A DNA stretch of 46,675 bases, from assembly GCA_002493755.1 (NCBI GenBank), contig DKZT01000024.1, positions 698-47,372 of the forward strand, written 5' to 3'. The stretch comes from Ruminococcaceae bacterium UBA7067. GTDB taxonomy: Bacteria; Bacillota; Clostridia; Oscillospirales; Acutalibacteraceae. Positions 28,745-37,611 of the stretch are shown here, one piece after another. Both the position numbers and the translations under genes were made by a program. A model generated the notes under the pieces. The model was not told the origin of the DNA and did not search any database. It saw only the letters and a list, made by a program, of their open reading frames with translations. Numbering within the stretch: the stretch's first letter is position 1; each line of letters begins with the position of its first letter.

Positions 28745-29731
28745 ATGCTGGCAACCCTTATACAAAGAGCAGTAATGCAGGGCATTCCTCTGTTATTCGG
28801 TTCAACCGGTGAGATTCTCACGGAAAAATCGGGCAATCTTAACCTTGGTATTCCCGGCATTATGTATGTAGGAGGCATAAGCGGAGTTATCGGCGCTTTC
28901 TTTTACGAAGGCTCTCTTGCTGCTCCCGAAGATGCAAATCCCTTTCTGGCTATTTCAATCCCTTTGCTTTGCAGCATTTTAGGCTCGCTTATTATGGGCT
29001 TGATATACTGCTTCCTGACTGTTACGCTGAGAGCAAACCAGAACGTAACCGGTCTTGCGATTACAACCTTTGGCGTTGGCTTCGGCAACTTCTTCGGCGG
29101 CTCGCTTATCAAGCTTGTTGACACGGATATTCCATCAATCTCCCTGACAACAACAAGCAACTTTTTCAGGACAACCCTGCCCTTTGCAGATTCAACAGGC
29201 TGGTTCGGCAAGATATTTCTGTCCTACGGCTTTTTAGCTTATGCCGCCATTATTATTGCACTCGGCTGCTCGTTCTTTCTGAACAGAACCCGAGGCGGCT
29301 TGCACCTGAGAGCAGTAGGAGAAAATCCTGCTACTGCCGATGCCGCAGGTATCAGCGTTACGAAAACAAAGTATCTTGCAACCTGTATCGGAAGCGTGAT
29401 TGCAGGCCTGGGCGGTCTTTACTATGTAATGGATTACGCCAACGGAGTATGGTCAAACGACGGATTCGGCGACAGAGGCTGGCTTGCCATTGCTCTTGTA
29501 ATCTTTGTAATCTGGAAGCCTAAGTTCGGTATTTTAGGCTCGATTCTGTTCGGCGGACTTTATATTATATACCTGTTTATCCCGGGTCTTGCCCTGAGAA
29601 CTCAGGAGCTGTTTAAAATGCTGCCGTATGTTGTTACTATTATCGTGCTTATTATTGTAAGCGCAAGAAACAAAAAGGAAAATCAAGGTCCGCAATCTCT
29701 TGGCCTTTCATACTTCAGAGAAGAGAGGTAG
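28745..29731 (+). CDS. ABC transporter permease (BPD_transp_2)
   Basis: EKSGNLNLG, RAVGENPATADAAG, GWLAIALV. Confidence 0.9.
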   Translation: MLATLIQRAVMQGIPLLFGSTGEILTEKSGNLNLGIPGIMYVGGISGVIGAFFYEGSLAAPEDANPFLAISIPLLCSILGSLIMGLIYCFLTVTLRANQNVTGLAITTFGVGFGNFFGGSLIKLVDTDIPSISLTTTSNFFRTTLPFADSTGWFGKIFLSYGFLAYAAIIIALGCSFFLNRTRGGLHLRAVGENPATADAAGISVTKTKYLATCIGSVIAGLGGLYYVMDYANGVWSNDGFGDRGWLAIALVIFVIWKPKFGILGSILFGGLYIIYLFIPGLALRTQELFKMLPYVVTIIVLIIVSARNKKENQGPQSLGLSYFREER

Positions 29732-29736
29732 GACAA

Positions 29737-29920
29737 TGCGGCGTAGCCGCAATGAAATAAATCCCTGTCGGGATTTGTGAAATATCGCTTTGCGATATGA
29801 AATAGCTTCGCTATGAAATATTTGCTGATGGCAAATGTTAAGGTTGTCGCCGCTTTGCGGCTCTTTGAATTAAGAAGAACTCGTTACGGGTATTTTTTGA
29901 TTTCAAAGCCGCAAGCGGCT
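29737..29920. repeat. Array of short hairpins separated by TGAAATA
   Basis: tgcggc/gccgca, aaatccc/gggattt, tatcgc/gcgata, tagc/gcta, atttgc/gcaaat, gccgc/gcggc, agccgc/gcggct; four TGAAATA. Confidence 0.75.
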
Positions 29921-29939
29921 AATTTAAGAGAGGATAAAG

Positions 29940-29976
29940 AAGTCCGATAAACACCGCGTTTGTCGGACTTTGTTTC
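29940..29976 (+). terminator. Rho-independent terminator
   Basis: aagtccgataaac-accgc-gtttgtcggactt plus T-rich tail. Confidence 0.75.
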
Positions 29977-30038
29977 CTTATGGAAACCGTTTACAAGCTT
30001 ATTAAATTGCTATAAAGTGCGTGTCACTTTATATAAAC

Positions 30039-30153
30039 AGCAAGGATAAAAACGCAACGCACTTTATAATGTGCAGAGCCGGTTGGTAGCCCGGCCGCCC
30101 CATCTCAATGATGGGGTAAGTAACCTGCCCCTCCGGGTTGTCCGTTCTTTGCT
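30039..30153 (+). ncRNA. yjdF (azaaromatic) riboswitch
   Basis: CGGTTGGTAGCCCG, TAACCTGCC, GGGTTGTCC motifs; agcaagga/tctttgct closing stem; directly upstream of a yjdF gene. Confidence 0.82.
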
Positions 30154-30177
30154 CATAAAAATACAGGAGGGATATTT

Positions 30178-30594
30178 ATGGGCGAAACAACAGGCAAATT
30201 GAAGGTGCTTTTTGAAGAACCGTTCTGGGTTGGCGTCTTTGAGAAAATTGAGAACGGCAGACTGTCAGTGGCGAAGGTTACTTTTGGTGCTGAACCAAAG
30301 GACTGTGAAGTTTATGAGTTTATTTTAAAGCACTATTACGATTTGCAGTTTAGTCCGGCTGTTGAAATTGCTGTGGCGGAGAAGCATAAAAATCCAAAAA
30401 GAATGCAGAGAGAGATAAAAAAGATGATGACCGATACAGGCATCGGAACAAAATCTCAGCAGGCGTTAAAGCTGCAGCATGAACAGTTCAAGACAGAACG
30501 CAAAAAGAAAAGCCGCGAGCAAAAGCAAGCTGAAAGTCAGCGTTTGTTTGAACTGAAGCAGCAGAAAAAGAAGGATAAGCGCAGGGGCAGATAA
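30178..30594 (+). CDS. yjdF: YjdF family protein (DUF2992)
   Basis: VLFEEPFWVGVFE, VTFGAEPKD, NPKRMQR, GTKSQQAL, K-rich tail ending RGR. Confidence 0.9.
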   Translation: MGETTGKLKVLFEEPFWVGVFEKIENGRLSVAKVTFGAEPKDCEVYEFILKHYYDLQFSPAVEIAVAEKHKNPKRMQREIKKMMTDTGIGTKSQQALKLQHEQFKTERKKKSREQKQAESQRLFELKQQKKKDKRRGR

Positions 30595-30741
30595 TGCCTC
30601 TGTGCTTATCAACCCAATTTCAAAAAATATGAAAAATGAAATTTAAAAATCTGATGATATACCGTTAAGGTTTGTAAAAGCTTGTATGAGATAAATCAAA
30701 GCAATAATTATAAGTGTTTCAGGATTATTAGAACGAATATG

Positions 30742-30770
30742 TTGAAAAAGAAAATATCCGGTGATATACT
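30742..30770 (+). promoter_or_regulatory. sigmaA promoter of the Wadjet operon
   Basis: TTGAAA, 17 bp, TATACT with TG extension; palindrome TGATATATCA at 30778-30787. Confidence 0.6.
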
Positions 30771-30850
30771 GCTAATGTGATATATCATATAAGATTGGTA
30801 AAGATGTACCTATATTCCGATAAGTTGCACAAATATAGTGAAGGGTGTAG

Positions 30851-32251
30851 ATGCGTGTGAAGCTATTTGAAATAATACCTGCGGATTTTTTCTCTGTTCT
30901 GGTATCAAGCAACAGAGAAATTTATGTTGACGCACTGATGAAGCTCTATGAAATGTTTAATGATGATATTAACATAAAGCTTAAGGATTACCTCAATGAG
31001 CTTACCGCTTTGCTTGAGGACAGGGTTTATAATGTCGAAGAGGGCGATGATATCAGTGTTGACAGTCCTGATACTTCAAGAGGCAAGGCACGCTTGATTG
31101 AAAAAAGATTTGAAAAGACAGGCTGGATAGAAAGGGAATTTCTTGACGGCTCATTTACTGAAATTGTAACCCCGAACACCTATTCCATCAGAATTATGCG
31201 TATGCTCAAGGAAATAACCGATGAAGGTACGCTTGAGTATAATTCTCTTGTATTTTCAACATATTCGGCGCTGAATCAGGCTGTGACCGAAAACCGCGAC
31301 AGAATGTATGAAGCTCTTATTATTGCCGAGAAAAACACCGAAAAGCTGGATTACGAGCTGAGGTCGCTTTATCACGGAATAAGAGGATATCTGAAAAGTA
31401 TCAGGGATAATAATGATGTTAATTTTCTTTTGAAAAATCATTTTGAAGAGTACAAGAATTTAGCTGACAGAATTTATCATCCTGTCAAGACAATGGACTC
31501 AGTTTTTCGCTATTCGGGTCCGATAAAAAGTATTCTTATGGATTTGCGGTACGATGATAAACTGCTCAACGAGATGAGCAGGAAGGCTTTAACAATTAAA
31601 AATTACGAAAGTGAAGAAGCTAAAGACGATATATTGAGAACTATCGATAAAATTATAGATTTATATAATTCTGTGGCTTTGCTTATGCAGGAAATTGATT
31701 CAAAGCATTGCAATTATACAAAGCAATCAATAGACAAGATTCGCTATGTTATGTCGGCTGACCGTTCAATTAAAGGAAAGCTTGCTGTCTTGCTCAAGGC
31801 ATATGCTTCTGCTGACGAGAAAGGTAAGGAAAGCATTGCTGAAATCTTTGAGGAAAATACGTGTATTAACCGTCAGGAATATATAGACAGCGGTTCATTC
31901 TATCATAAAAATATAAAAAGCAAAAGGTCAAATCAGCCTCCGCAGGCGGTTGAGCTTCACGATGATATTCAGGACGAGCTTATCGGTGAGGTTATCAGCA
32001 GAATACGCAACGGTTTTTCGGAAAACAGAGTAAAGGCGTATTTGGACTCTTTGTTTAAAGACGGAGCTGTGCAGATAGAAAGTCGGGACATTGAAATAAA
32101 TAATGATACGGATTATGTGCTGACCTTGCTGGCTGTTGTAAACTGTATAAACGGAAGACACGGCTATTCTATTAATCTCGGAAATGATTACATAAGAAAA
32201 AACGGATATCGTATTCCGCAGTTTGTTTTGTTTAAGGGAGGTAAAAGCTAA
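30851..32251 (+). CDS. jetA: Wadjet JetA (kleisin/MksF-like, DUF5716-like)
   Basis: LFEIIPADFFSVL..NREIY, GWIERE; first gene of a four-gene SMC/TOPRIM operon. Confidence 0.8.
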   Translation: MRVKLFEIIPADFFSVLVSSNREIYVDALMKLYEMFNDDINIKLKDYLNELTALLEDRVYNVEEGDDISVDSPDTSRGKARLIEKRFEKTGWIEREFLDGSFTEIVTPNTYSIRIMRMLKEITDEGTLEYNSLVFSTYSALNQAVTENRDRMYEALIIAEKNTEKLDYELRSLYHGIRGYLKSIRDNNDVNFLLKNHFEEYKNLADRIYHPVKTMDSVFRYSGPIKSILMDLRYDDKLLNEMSRKALTIKNYESEEAKDDILRTIDKIIDLYNSVALLMQEIDSKHCNYTKQSIDKIRYVMSADRSIKGKLAVLLKAYASADEKGKESIAEIFEENTCINRQEYIDSGSFYHKNIKSKRSNQPPQAVELHDDIQDELIGEVISRIRNGFSENRVKAYLDSLFKDGAVQIESRDIEINNDTDYVLTLLAVVNCINGRHGYSINLGNDYIRKNGYRIPQFVLFKGGKS

Positions 32252-32913
32252 TGTGGAATGAAGAATACGAAAAGCTTACTTCATACGAAAAGGGAGAATT
32301 CAGGAGAATTGCAAATTATCTTTTATCTCATACATATTTGGTAAGGTTTACATATGACGCAGTAAAGGAAATGACGCTGCCGAATGCTGATTACAGTACG
32401 CTTGTCCGTTTGTTTTCTGTGTTACAGGAATACTTTGAAGTAACAGGCTGGAAGCTTGAAAAAGATGATGGTTACGGAATTGCGTCTTTGATAAGTGAAT
32501 TTGATAACAACAGATTCAGACTTAACAGATTTACAACCTTGTTTCTGTATGTTTGCAGGCTTATTTATGAGGAGAACCGAGAGGATGAGAACAGCTATCA
32601 TATTGTAAAGACAGATACTGCTGCAGTGGTGGAAAAGATGAAAATACTCGGACTGCTTAAAGGCGGTAAGTCAACTCAGGGTGAGAGAATAGAGGCTCAG
32701 CGTACACTTGCTCATTTTAATATTATTCAAAAAATGGAGTCGACACAATGGTCAGGCGATGGTAATAATATCTTAATTTTGCCGTCTATACTTTATGTTA
32801 TCAGCAACCAAAGCATTAACTCAATGATTGAGCAAATAGAAGAAATGAAGCTGACCGAGCAGAATACGGAGGAAACCGAAGATGAAAATACTGAAGAAGC
32901 TTTTGCTGATTAA
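32251..32913 (+). CDS. jetB: Wadjet JetB (DUF4194-like KITE)
   Basis: Position and size; TTLFLYVCRLIYEE, ILILPSI. Confidence 0.8.
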   Translation: MWNEEYEKLTSYEKGEFRRIANYLLSHTYLVRFTYDAVKEMTLPNADYSTLVRLFSVLQEYFEVTGWKLEKDDGYGIASLISEFDNNRFRLNRFTTLFLYVCRLIYEENREDENSYHIVKTDTAAVVEKMKILGLLKGGKSTQGERIEAQRTLAHFNIIQKMESTQWSGDGNNILILPSILYVISNQSINSMIEQIEEMKLTEQNTEETEDENTEEAFAD

Positions 32914-35818
32914 CTGGCACTATTTTACCAATGAGTTAATTGAATTTGAACAGCTTAACTTTATGACGGGCGTAAATGCATCGGGCAAGTCGACAATTAT
33001 TGACGCACTTCAGCTTGTTCTTCTCGGTGAAACGGGAGGAAACTATTTTAATAAAAGTGCAAGCGGAAAAAGCTCAAGAACACTTATCAGCTATCTGTGC
33101 GGAGAAATCCGTGATGATGACAAAGACGGATTTAAATACCTGAGAAATGACAGGTTCGTAAGCTACATAGTAGTTGAGTTCTATGACAATGAGAAGGAAA
33201 GATATTTTTCCTTTGGAATATGTTTTGACGTCCATTCTGTAAATGATGTTGAAAAAAGGTTCTTCAAATACAGGGGAAGTATGCCCGACAACCGATTTAT
33301 GGAGAATAATGTGCCTTTTGATATCCCGAAGCTCAGGGCGTTCTTGAAAGAAAAGAATTATAAGGATGTAACATTTTATGAATCAGGAAAGCATTATCGG
33401 GAGGATATTTATGCTTTGCTTGGAGGCTTGCGCTCAAAATTCGGTGATTTATTAAAGAAAGCGGTTGCGTTTAATCCCGATAATAACATACAAAAATTCA
33501 TAACCGAATTTGTCTGTGATAATGAAAAGAATGTAGATATAAGCCTGATGCAGGAAAATATCAGAAATTATAAAAATCTTGAGAGAACGGCAGCGGAGCT
33601 TGAGAGGAAAAAGACAGCACTGGAGCAGATTTCTGCAAATTATTCAGAGCTGTTTGACGGGCTTGACGATATTACTCCCGATCAGATATTGGAATATTCA
33701 AAAAGCAAATTTGAAGAGATAATAAAACTTACAGAGGACATTAAATCTGACGCAAATGTTTTGTATTCAAGGCTTAAGGAGGAATTTGATAAATTAGGAG
33801 AAAAAATCAGAGAGCTTAAAGTGGAGGAGGAAAACCTTGAAAAGGGTATATATAAATTTCCGCAGAATGCTCTTGATTTGAAGCAGGCGGTTATAGCCGC
33901 AATAAAAGCCAAGAGCGGAGAAAATGCCGATGTTGTTATAGTGGCTGAAGCTTCGGAGATAAAGAATCCAAGATGGAGAAACGCTATTGAGGGTTACTTA
34001 AACAAGCAGAAATTCTATATTATAGTACCTCCGCAGCATATCAAAACAGCTATCAGAGTTTTTGACCGCATCAAAAAAGATCAGGCGATTTATGACACAG
34101 GTATTGTAGATGTTGAGAAAATCAGGAATAAAAAATACATAACGGAGAGAAACAGCCTTGCAGCGGAAATTGAAACCGAAAATCCGTATGTAAGAATTTA
34201 TCTTGACTATATTCTCGGGAGAGTTATAAAATGCGATAACGCTGATGGAATAAGAAGTTTTCCCACAGCCATAACCGATGACGGCTTGCTGTATAAGAAT
34301 TTTGTTGTGAGAGCGTTGAATCCGAAGCTCTGGAAAAATCCTGCAATAGGACAGAATGCAATCAGAATCCGTCTTGCGGAAATTAAGAAAGAAATTCACA
34401 GTGCGAGAGAGCTTACAAGCGTTTATTCAACCCTACGGATTGGGATTGAGGACTGCACAGCCTTGGAGAATTACAGTAAATCGGATATAGAGAATTTCGT
34501 CGAAGCTGCCGAAAACCTGAGTAATTCAGAGAATTTAAAAATCAGAATGTCTGAACTTGCTGATGAAAAAGCGTCTATTGATACGAGAAATTTAATTGTT
34601 CTCGCAGAAAAGATTGAGGAGAAAAAGCTTCAGCTTGACGAATCGGGCAGGAAAAAGGAAAAGCTTCAATCGGAAAGCGGAAAAACAGAAGAGCAGCTGC
34701 GCAGCTTATGTGAAGAAAAAATACCGCAGACAAGCCTTTTGTTAAAAGAGAAGCAGAATGTGCTGGAAGGCAATTTTGACTCAGTTTGGATTGAAGAAAC
34801 AGGAAAACTGCGCTATATGCAGGAGCTTTCAAAAAGGAATACCGCTGAAAATATTAATGAAGCTTTTCCGAGAGAGCTAAGTAAAGCAAAAAATGCTATT
34901 GAAAGGTTCGACAAACTGCTTTCCGAGCTGCGTTCCCGATATAACCATGATTTTAAAATGGGCTATGATGTAAATTCCGCAGATAATGCTGAATTTGATA
35001 ATGCATTAAAAGAAATAAACGAAAATGAACTCCCGAATTATCTTGTGCGTATCGAAGATACAAAGAAAAAAGCTATGGAGGAATTTCAGGAGGATTTCCT
35101 CAGCAAACTGGGTGAGAATATTCGCTCGGTGAAGCGTGAAATTCAGGAATTGAACAGAGCAATTTCATCAGCCTCATTCGGTGAGGATTCATATAGCTTC
35201 AGGGTTGAACCGAATAAGCAGTATGAAAGATATTATAAAATGATAACCGATGATATGCTGATGAGCGGATATAATTTAATGACTAATTATTATAACACAA
35301 AGTATAAAAGCGAGATTGAGGACTTATTTTCAATTATTACAGGAGAAGGCAACACCTCGCTTGAGCAAAGCGATTATGAAAACCGTATCAGAACCTTTAC
35401 TGATTACAGAACCTATCTTACATTTGATATTGAGGTTACAAATCAGGCAGGAGAGGTACAGCGGCTGTCAAAAACCATTGGTAAAAAGTCAGGCGGCGAA
35501 ACACAAACACCATTCTACATTGCTGTGTTGGCTTCGTTTGCGCAGCTTTACAGAATTGGAAGAGATAACAAGGCGAACACTGCCAGAATAATTATATTTG
35601 ACGAAGCATTCTCAAAAATGGACGGTGAGAGAATTGAAAAAAGTATCGATCTTCTCAGAAAGCTTAATTTTCAGGTTATTCTATCAACTCCTACGGAGAA
35701 AGCAGGCGATATTGCACCGCTTGTTGACAGAGTTCTGCTGGTGCTCAGGAAAGGAACAAATTCACGCGTGACTTATTTTGACAAGGAGAGAGTAGGAGAA
35801 CTGAGCGGTGAACGATAA
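32882..35818 (+). CDS. jetC: Wadjet JetC SMC-like ATPase (possible internal deletion)
   Basis: LINWHYF, GVNASGKST, coiled coils, KSGGE signature, IIFDEAF. Confidence 0.9.
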   Translation: MKILKKLLLINWHYFTNELIEFEQLNFMTGVNASGKSTIIDALQLVLLGETGGNYFNKSASGKSSRTLISYLCGEIRDDDKDGFKYLRNDRFVSYIVVEFYDNEKERYFSFGICFDVHSVNDVEKRFFKYRGSMPDNRFMENNVPFDIPKLRAFLKEKNYKDVTFYESGKHYREDIYALLGGLRSKFGDLLKKAVAFNPDNNIQKFITEFVCDNEKNVDISLMQENIRNYKNLERTAAELERKKTALEQISANYSELFDGLDDITPDQILEYSKSKFEEIIKLTEDIKSDANVLYSRLKEEFDKLGEKIRELKVEEENLEKGIYKFPQNALDLKQAVIAAIKAKSGENADVVIVAEASEIKNPRWRNAIEGYLNKQKFYIIVPPQHIKTAIRVFDRIKKDQAIYDTGIVDVEKIRNKKYITERNSLAAEIETENPYVRIYLDYILGRVIKCDNADGIRSFPTAITDDGLLYKNFVVRALNPKLWKNPAIGQNAIRIRLAEIKKEIHSARELTSVYSTLRIGIEDCTALENYSKSDIENFVEAAENLSNSENLKIRMSELADEKASIDTRNLIVLAEKIEEKKLQLDESGRKKEKLQSESGKTEEQLRSLCEEKIPQTSLLLKEKQNVLEGNFDSVWIEETGKLRYMQELSKRNTAENINEAFPRELSKAKNAIERFDKLLSELRSRYNHDFKMGYDVNSADNAEFDNALKEINENELPNYLVRIEDTKKKAMEEFQEDFLSKLGENIRSVKREIQELNRAISSASFGEDSYSFRVEPNKQYERYYKMITDDMLMSGYNLMTNYYNTKYKSEIEDLFSIITGEGNTSLEQSDYENRIRTFTDYRTYLTFDIEVTNQAGEVQRLSKTIGKKSGGETQTPFYIAVLASFAQLYRIGRDNKANTARIIIFDEAFSKMDGERIEKSIDLLRKLNFQVILSTPTEKAGDIAPLVDRVLLVLRKGTNSRVTYFDKERVGELSGER

Positions 35819-37034
35819 ATGGGAGCATCTTATATTAAGCAGAATGATTGATAAGTATGAGCGAACCTCTGCGTACGTAAACGGAGAAATGCCGAAAAAC
35901 AGGATTATTCTGAATTTTTACGGTAAAAACAAGTCTGACTTTCCCGAGTATGATATTGAGGACTTTAATGTAAAAACAGCAATCAATGAAGCTGTATGTA
36001 ATCTTGCAGATGAAATATTTATATTTTACGAATGGATGAAGGGGCAGGATAATCACATACTTTCAAGAGCCTGGCTGAATTTTGAGAAAACAGATGAGGT
36101 ATATAAGTTTCTGAACAGAAAACCAAAAAAAGATGTGATTTCGTCTGTGGTTAAGGAACTGTCTGACGAGATTAAAAGAGTAAACACAGATTGGATTATA
36201 CAGTTTTACAGCGATGCTTCGGCATTTTTAAAATCCCATATGAAATTCGGAGGCCTGTTGTCTGAGAACAAATACCAAAGAGAAGAGCTTTATAAGCTTC
36301 TCGCATTCATTGACGGCAATAATTATTCTGCGCTGAAAGAAAGGGTGTTTTCCGAAAAATGCTTTGGTGATTCAAAATATTTTGAAAACAATGTTAAGTC
36401 TGTTTTACTTTCAATTTTAAGAAGATATGTTAGTTCCGATTTAAACGATAATGAGCTTTTGAAATTCGTCGGAATTAATAAATATCCGGAACAGCTTGAA
36501 ATGTGCGGAAAAATAATTGTTGCTTCAAATGATATGAGCGTACTGAAAAACGGGTTCTGTATTTATCCGGGCGATTTAGATGAAGTAAAGTGGTCAGTAG
36601 ACAGGGCGGTTTCAAAAATAATTACGATAGAAAACAGAGCAAACTATTTTTCATATCTTGAAGGTATGAAAACGCCTGATGAAATTGTTGTTTTTCACGG
36701 TGGTCAGTACAGTCCGGCAAAGAAAAAATTGTTTGAGTTACTGTCAAAAGCGATGCCTGAAAATTGTGAATGGTATCATTGGGGCGATATTGATTTCGGC
36801 GGCTTTAGTATGCTTTTGCGCTTGAGAAAAGAAATTCGCCCGTCAATAATCCCGTATAGAATGAACAGTAGAGAATTAGAGTGTTATGAAAACTACACTC
36901 AAGCTTTCAGCAATGAATATGGAGAGAAACTATTGAGATTATCTGAAGAAGCTTTGCTTGAAGACTGTCGGGATTGTCTTGATTATATGATAAGGCATAA
37001 AATAAAACTGGAACAGGAGGCTATGCTTACATAG
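35808..37034 (+). CDS. jetD: Wadjet JetD TOPRIM nuclease (DUF2220-like)
   Basis: IITIENRANY, HWGDIDFGG, KLEQE. Confidence 0.88.
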   Translation: MNDKWEHLILSRMIDKYERTSAYVNGEMPKNRIILNFYGKNKSDFPEYDIEDFNVKTAINEAVCNLADEIFIFYEWMKGQDNHILSRAWLNFEKTDEVYKFLNRKPKKDVISSVVKELSDEIKRVNTDWIIQFYSDASAFLKSHMKFGGLLSENKYQREELYKLLAFIDGNNYSALKERVFSEKCFGDSKYFENNVKSVLLSILRRYVSSDLNDNELLKFVGINKYPEQLEMCGKIIVASNDMSVLKNGFCIYPGDLDEVKWSVDRAVSKIITIENRANYFSYLEGMKTPDEIVVFHGGQYSPAKKKLFELLSKAMPENCEWYHWGDIDFGGFSMLLRLRKEIRPSIIPYRMNSRELECYENYTQAFSNEYGEKLLRLSEEALLEDCRDCLDYMIRHKIKLEQEAMLT

Positions 37035-37053
37035 TAGACATAATAATATATCA

Positions 37054-37089
37054 CAAGCATCGGTTAGAAATAATCGGTGCTTTTATTTT
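37054..37089 (+). terminator. Rho-independent terminator
   Basis: aagcatcggtta-gaaa-taatcggtgctt plus T tract. Confidence 0.75.
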
Positions 37090-37287
37090 GTCCAAATCTG
37101 AGGTGAATCGGCGGTGAAGGTCTGCTGTTGGTGTTGCTCAAGCCGCGCACTGTTATCGCAATCTGTGATTTAATTTTATATACGATGAATATTTTTCCAG
37201 TTTTTCCAGTATTGTAAATATACTAAAAAGTTGTGTTTTTACAATTATTGTTTTTCAAAATTCGTGCGATGTCTATTCGCTGAATTA

Positions 37288-37458
37288 ACGTAAGCACTGG
37301 TTGAATAAAAGTGCATAGCCCGAGATGCTTTGTCGTTTGTCCTCAAAAGCACAATAATACAAATACTGTTAAGGTATAAAACCTATTGATTGAATTTACG
37401 GCAGAAACGACAAAATGCTCCTTGGACATCTGTGCTTTGTTTCAGTCAACACTTGCGT
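37288..37458. repeat. Long imperfect inverted repeat (about 50-bp arms)
   Basis: 37288-37338 pairs with 37405-37458, e.g. tttgtcgttt/aaacgacaaa and tggttgaa/ttcagtca. Confidence 0.6.
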
Positions 37459-37460
37459 AA

Positions 37461-37598
37461 TACTAACACCTGATAAAAGCAGATAATCTTTGCGGTCTGA
37501 TTTCCGCAATACTGCGTTGTCGTCCTTGCAAGGCGTCAGCCTTGTCTTGCGAAAAATATCCTCGCAAATATAAATCTGCTTTCTATCAGGAATTAGTA
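37461..37598. mobile_element. MITE-like element, 138 bp, with ~24-bp terminal inverted repeats
   Basis: tactaacacctgataaaagcagat ... atctgctttctatcaggaattagta (2 mismatches, 1 gap); TA ends. Confidence 0.65.
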
Positions 37599-37611
37599 TA
37601 AGAGGTGATTA

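Noticed and set aside
29737-29920. CRISPR array
   Set aside because: Constant part is only 7 bp, the variable parts are short and self-complementary, and no cas genes are present
37288-37458. 6S RNA or c-di-GMP riboswitch
   Set aside because: No recognisable conserved motifs; mismatch pattern fits a decayed DNA inverted repeat; an Rfam scan would settle it
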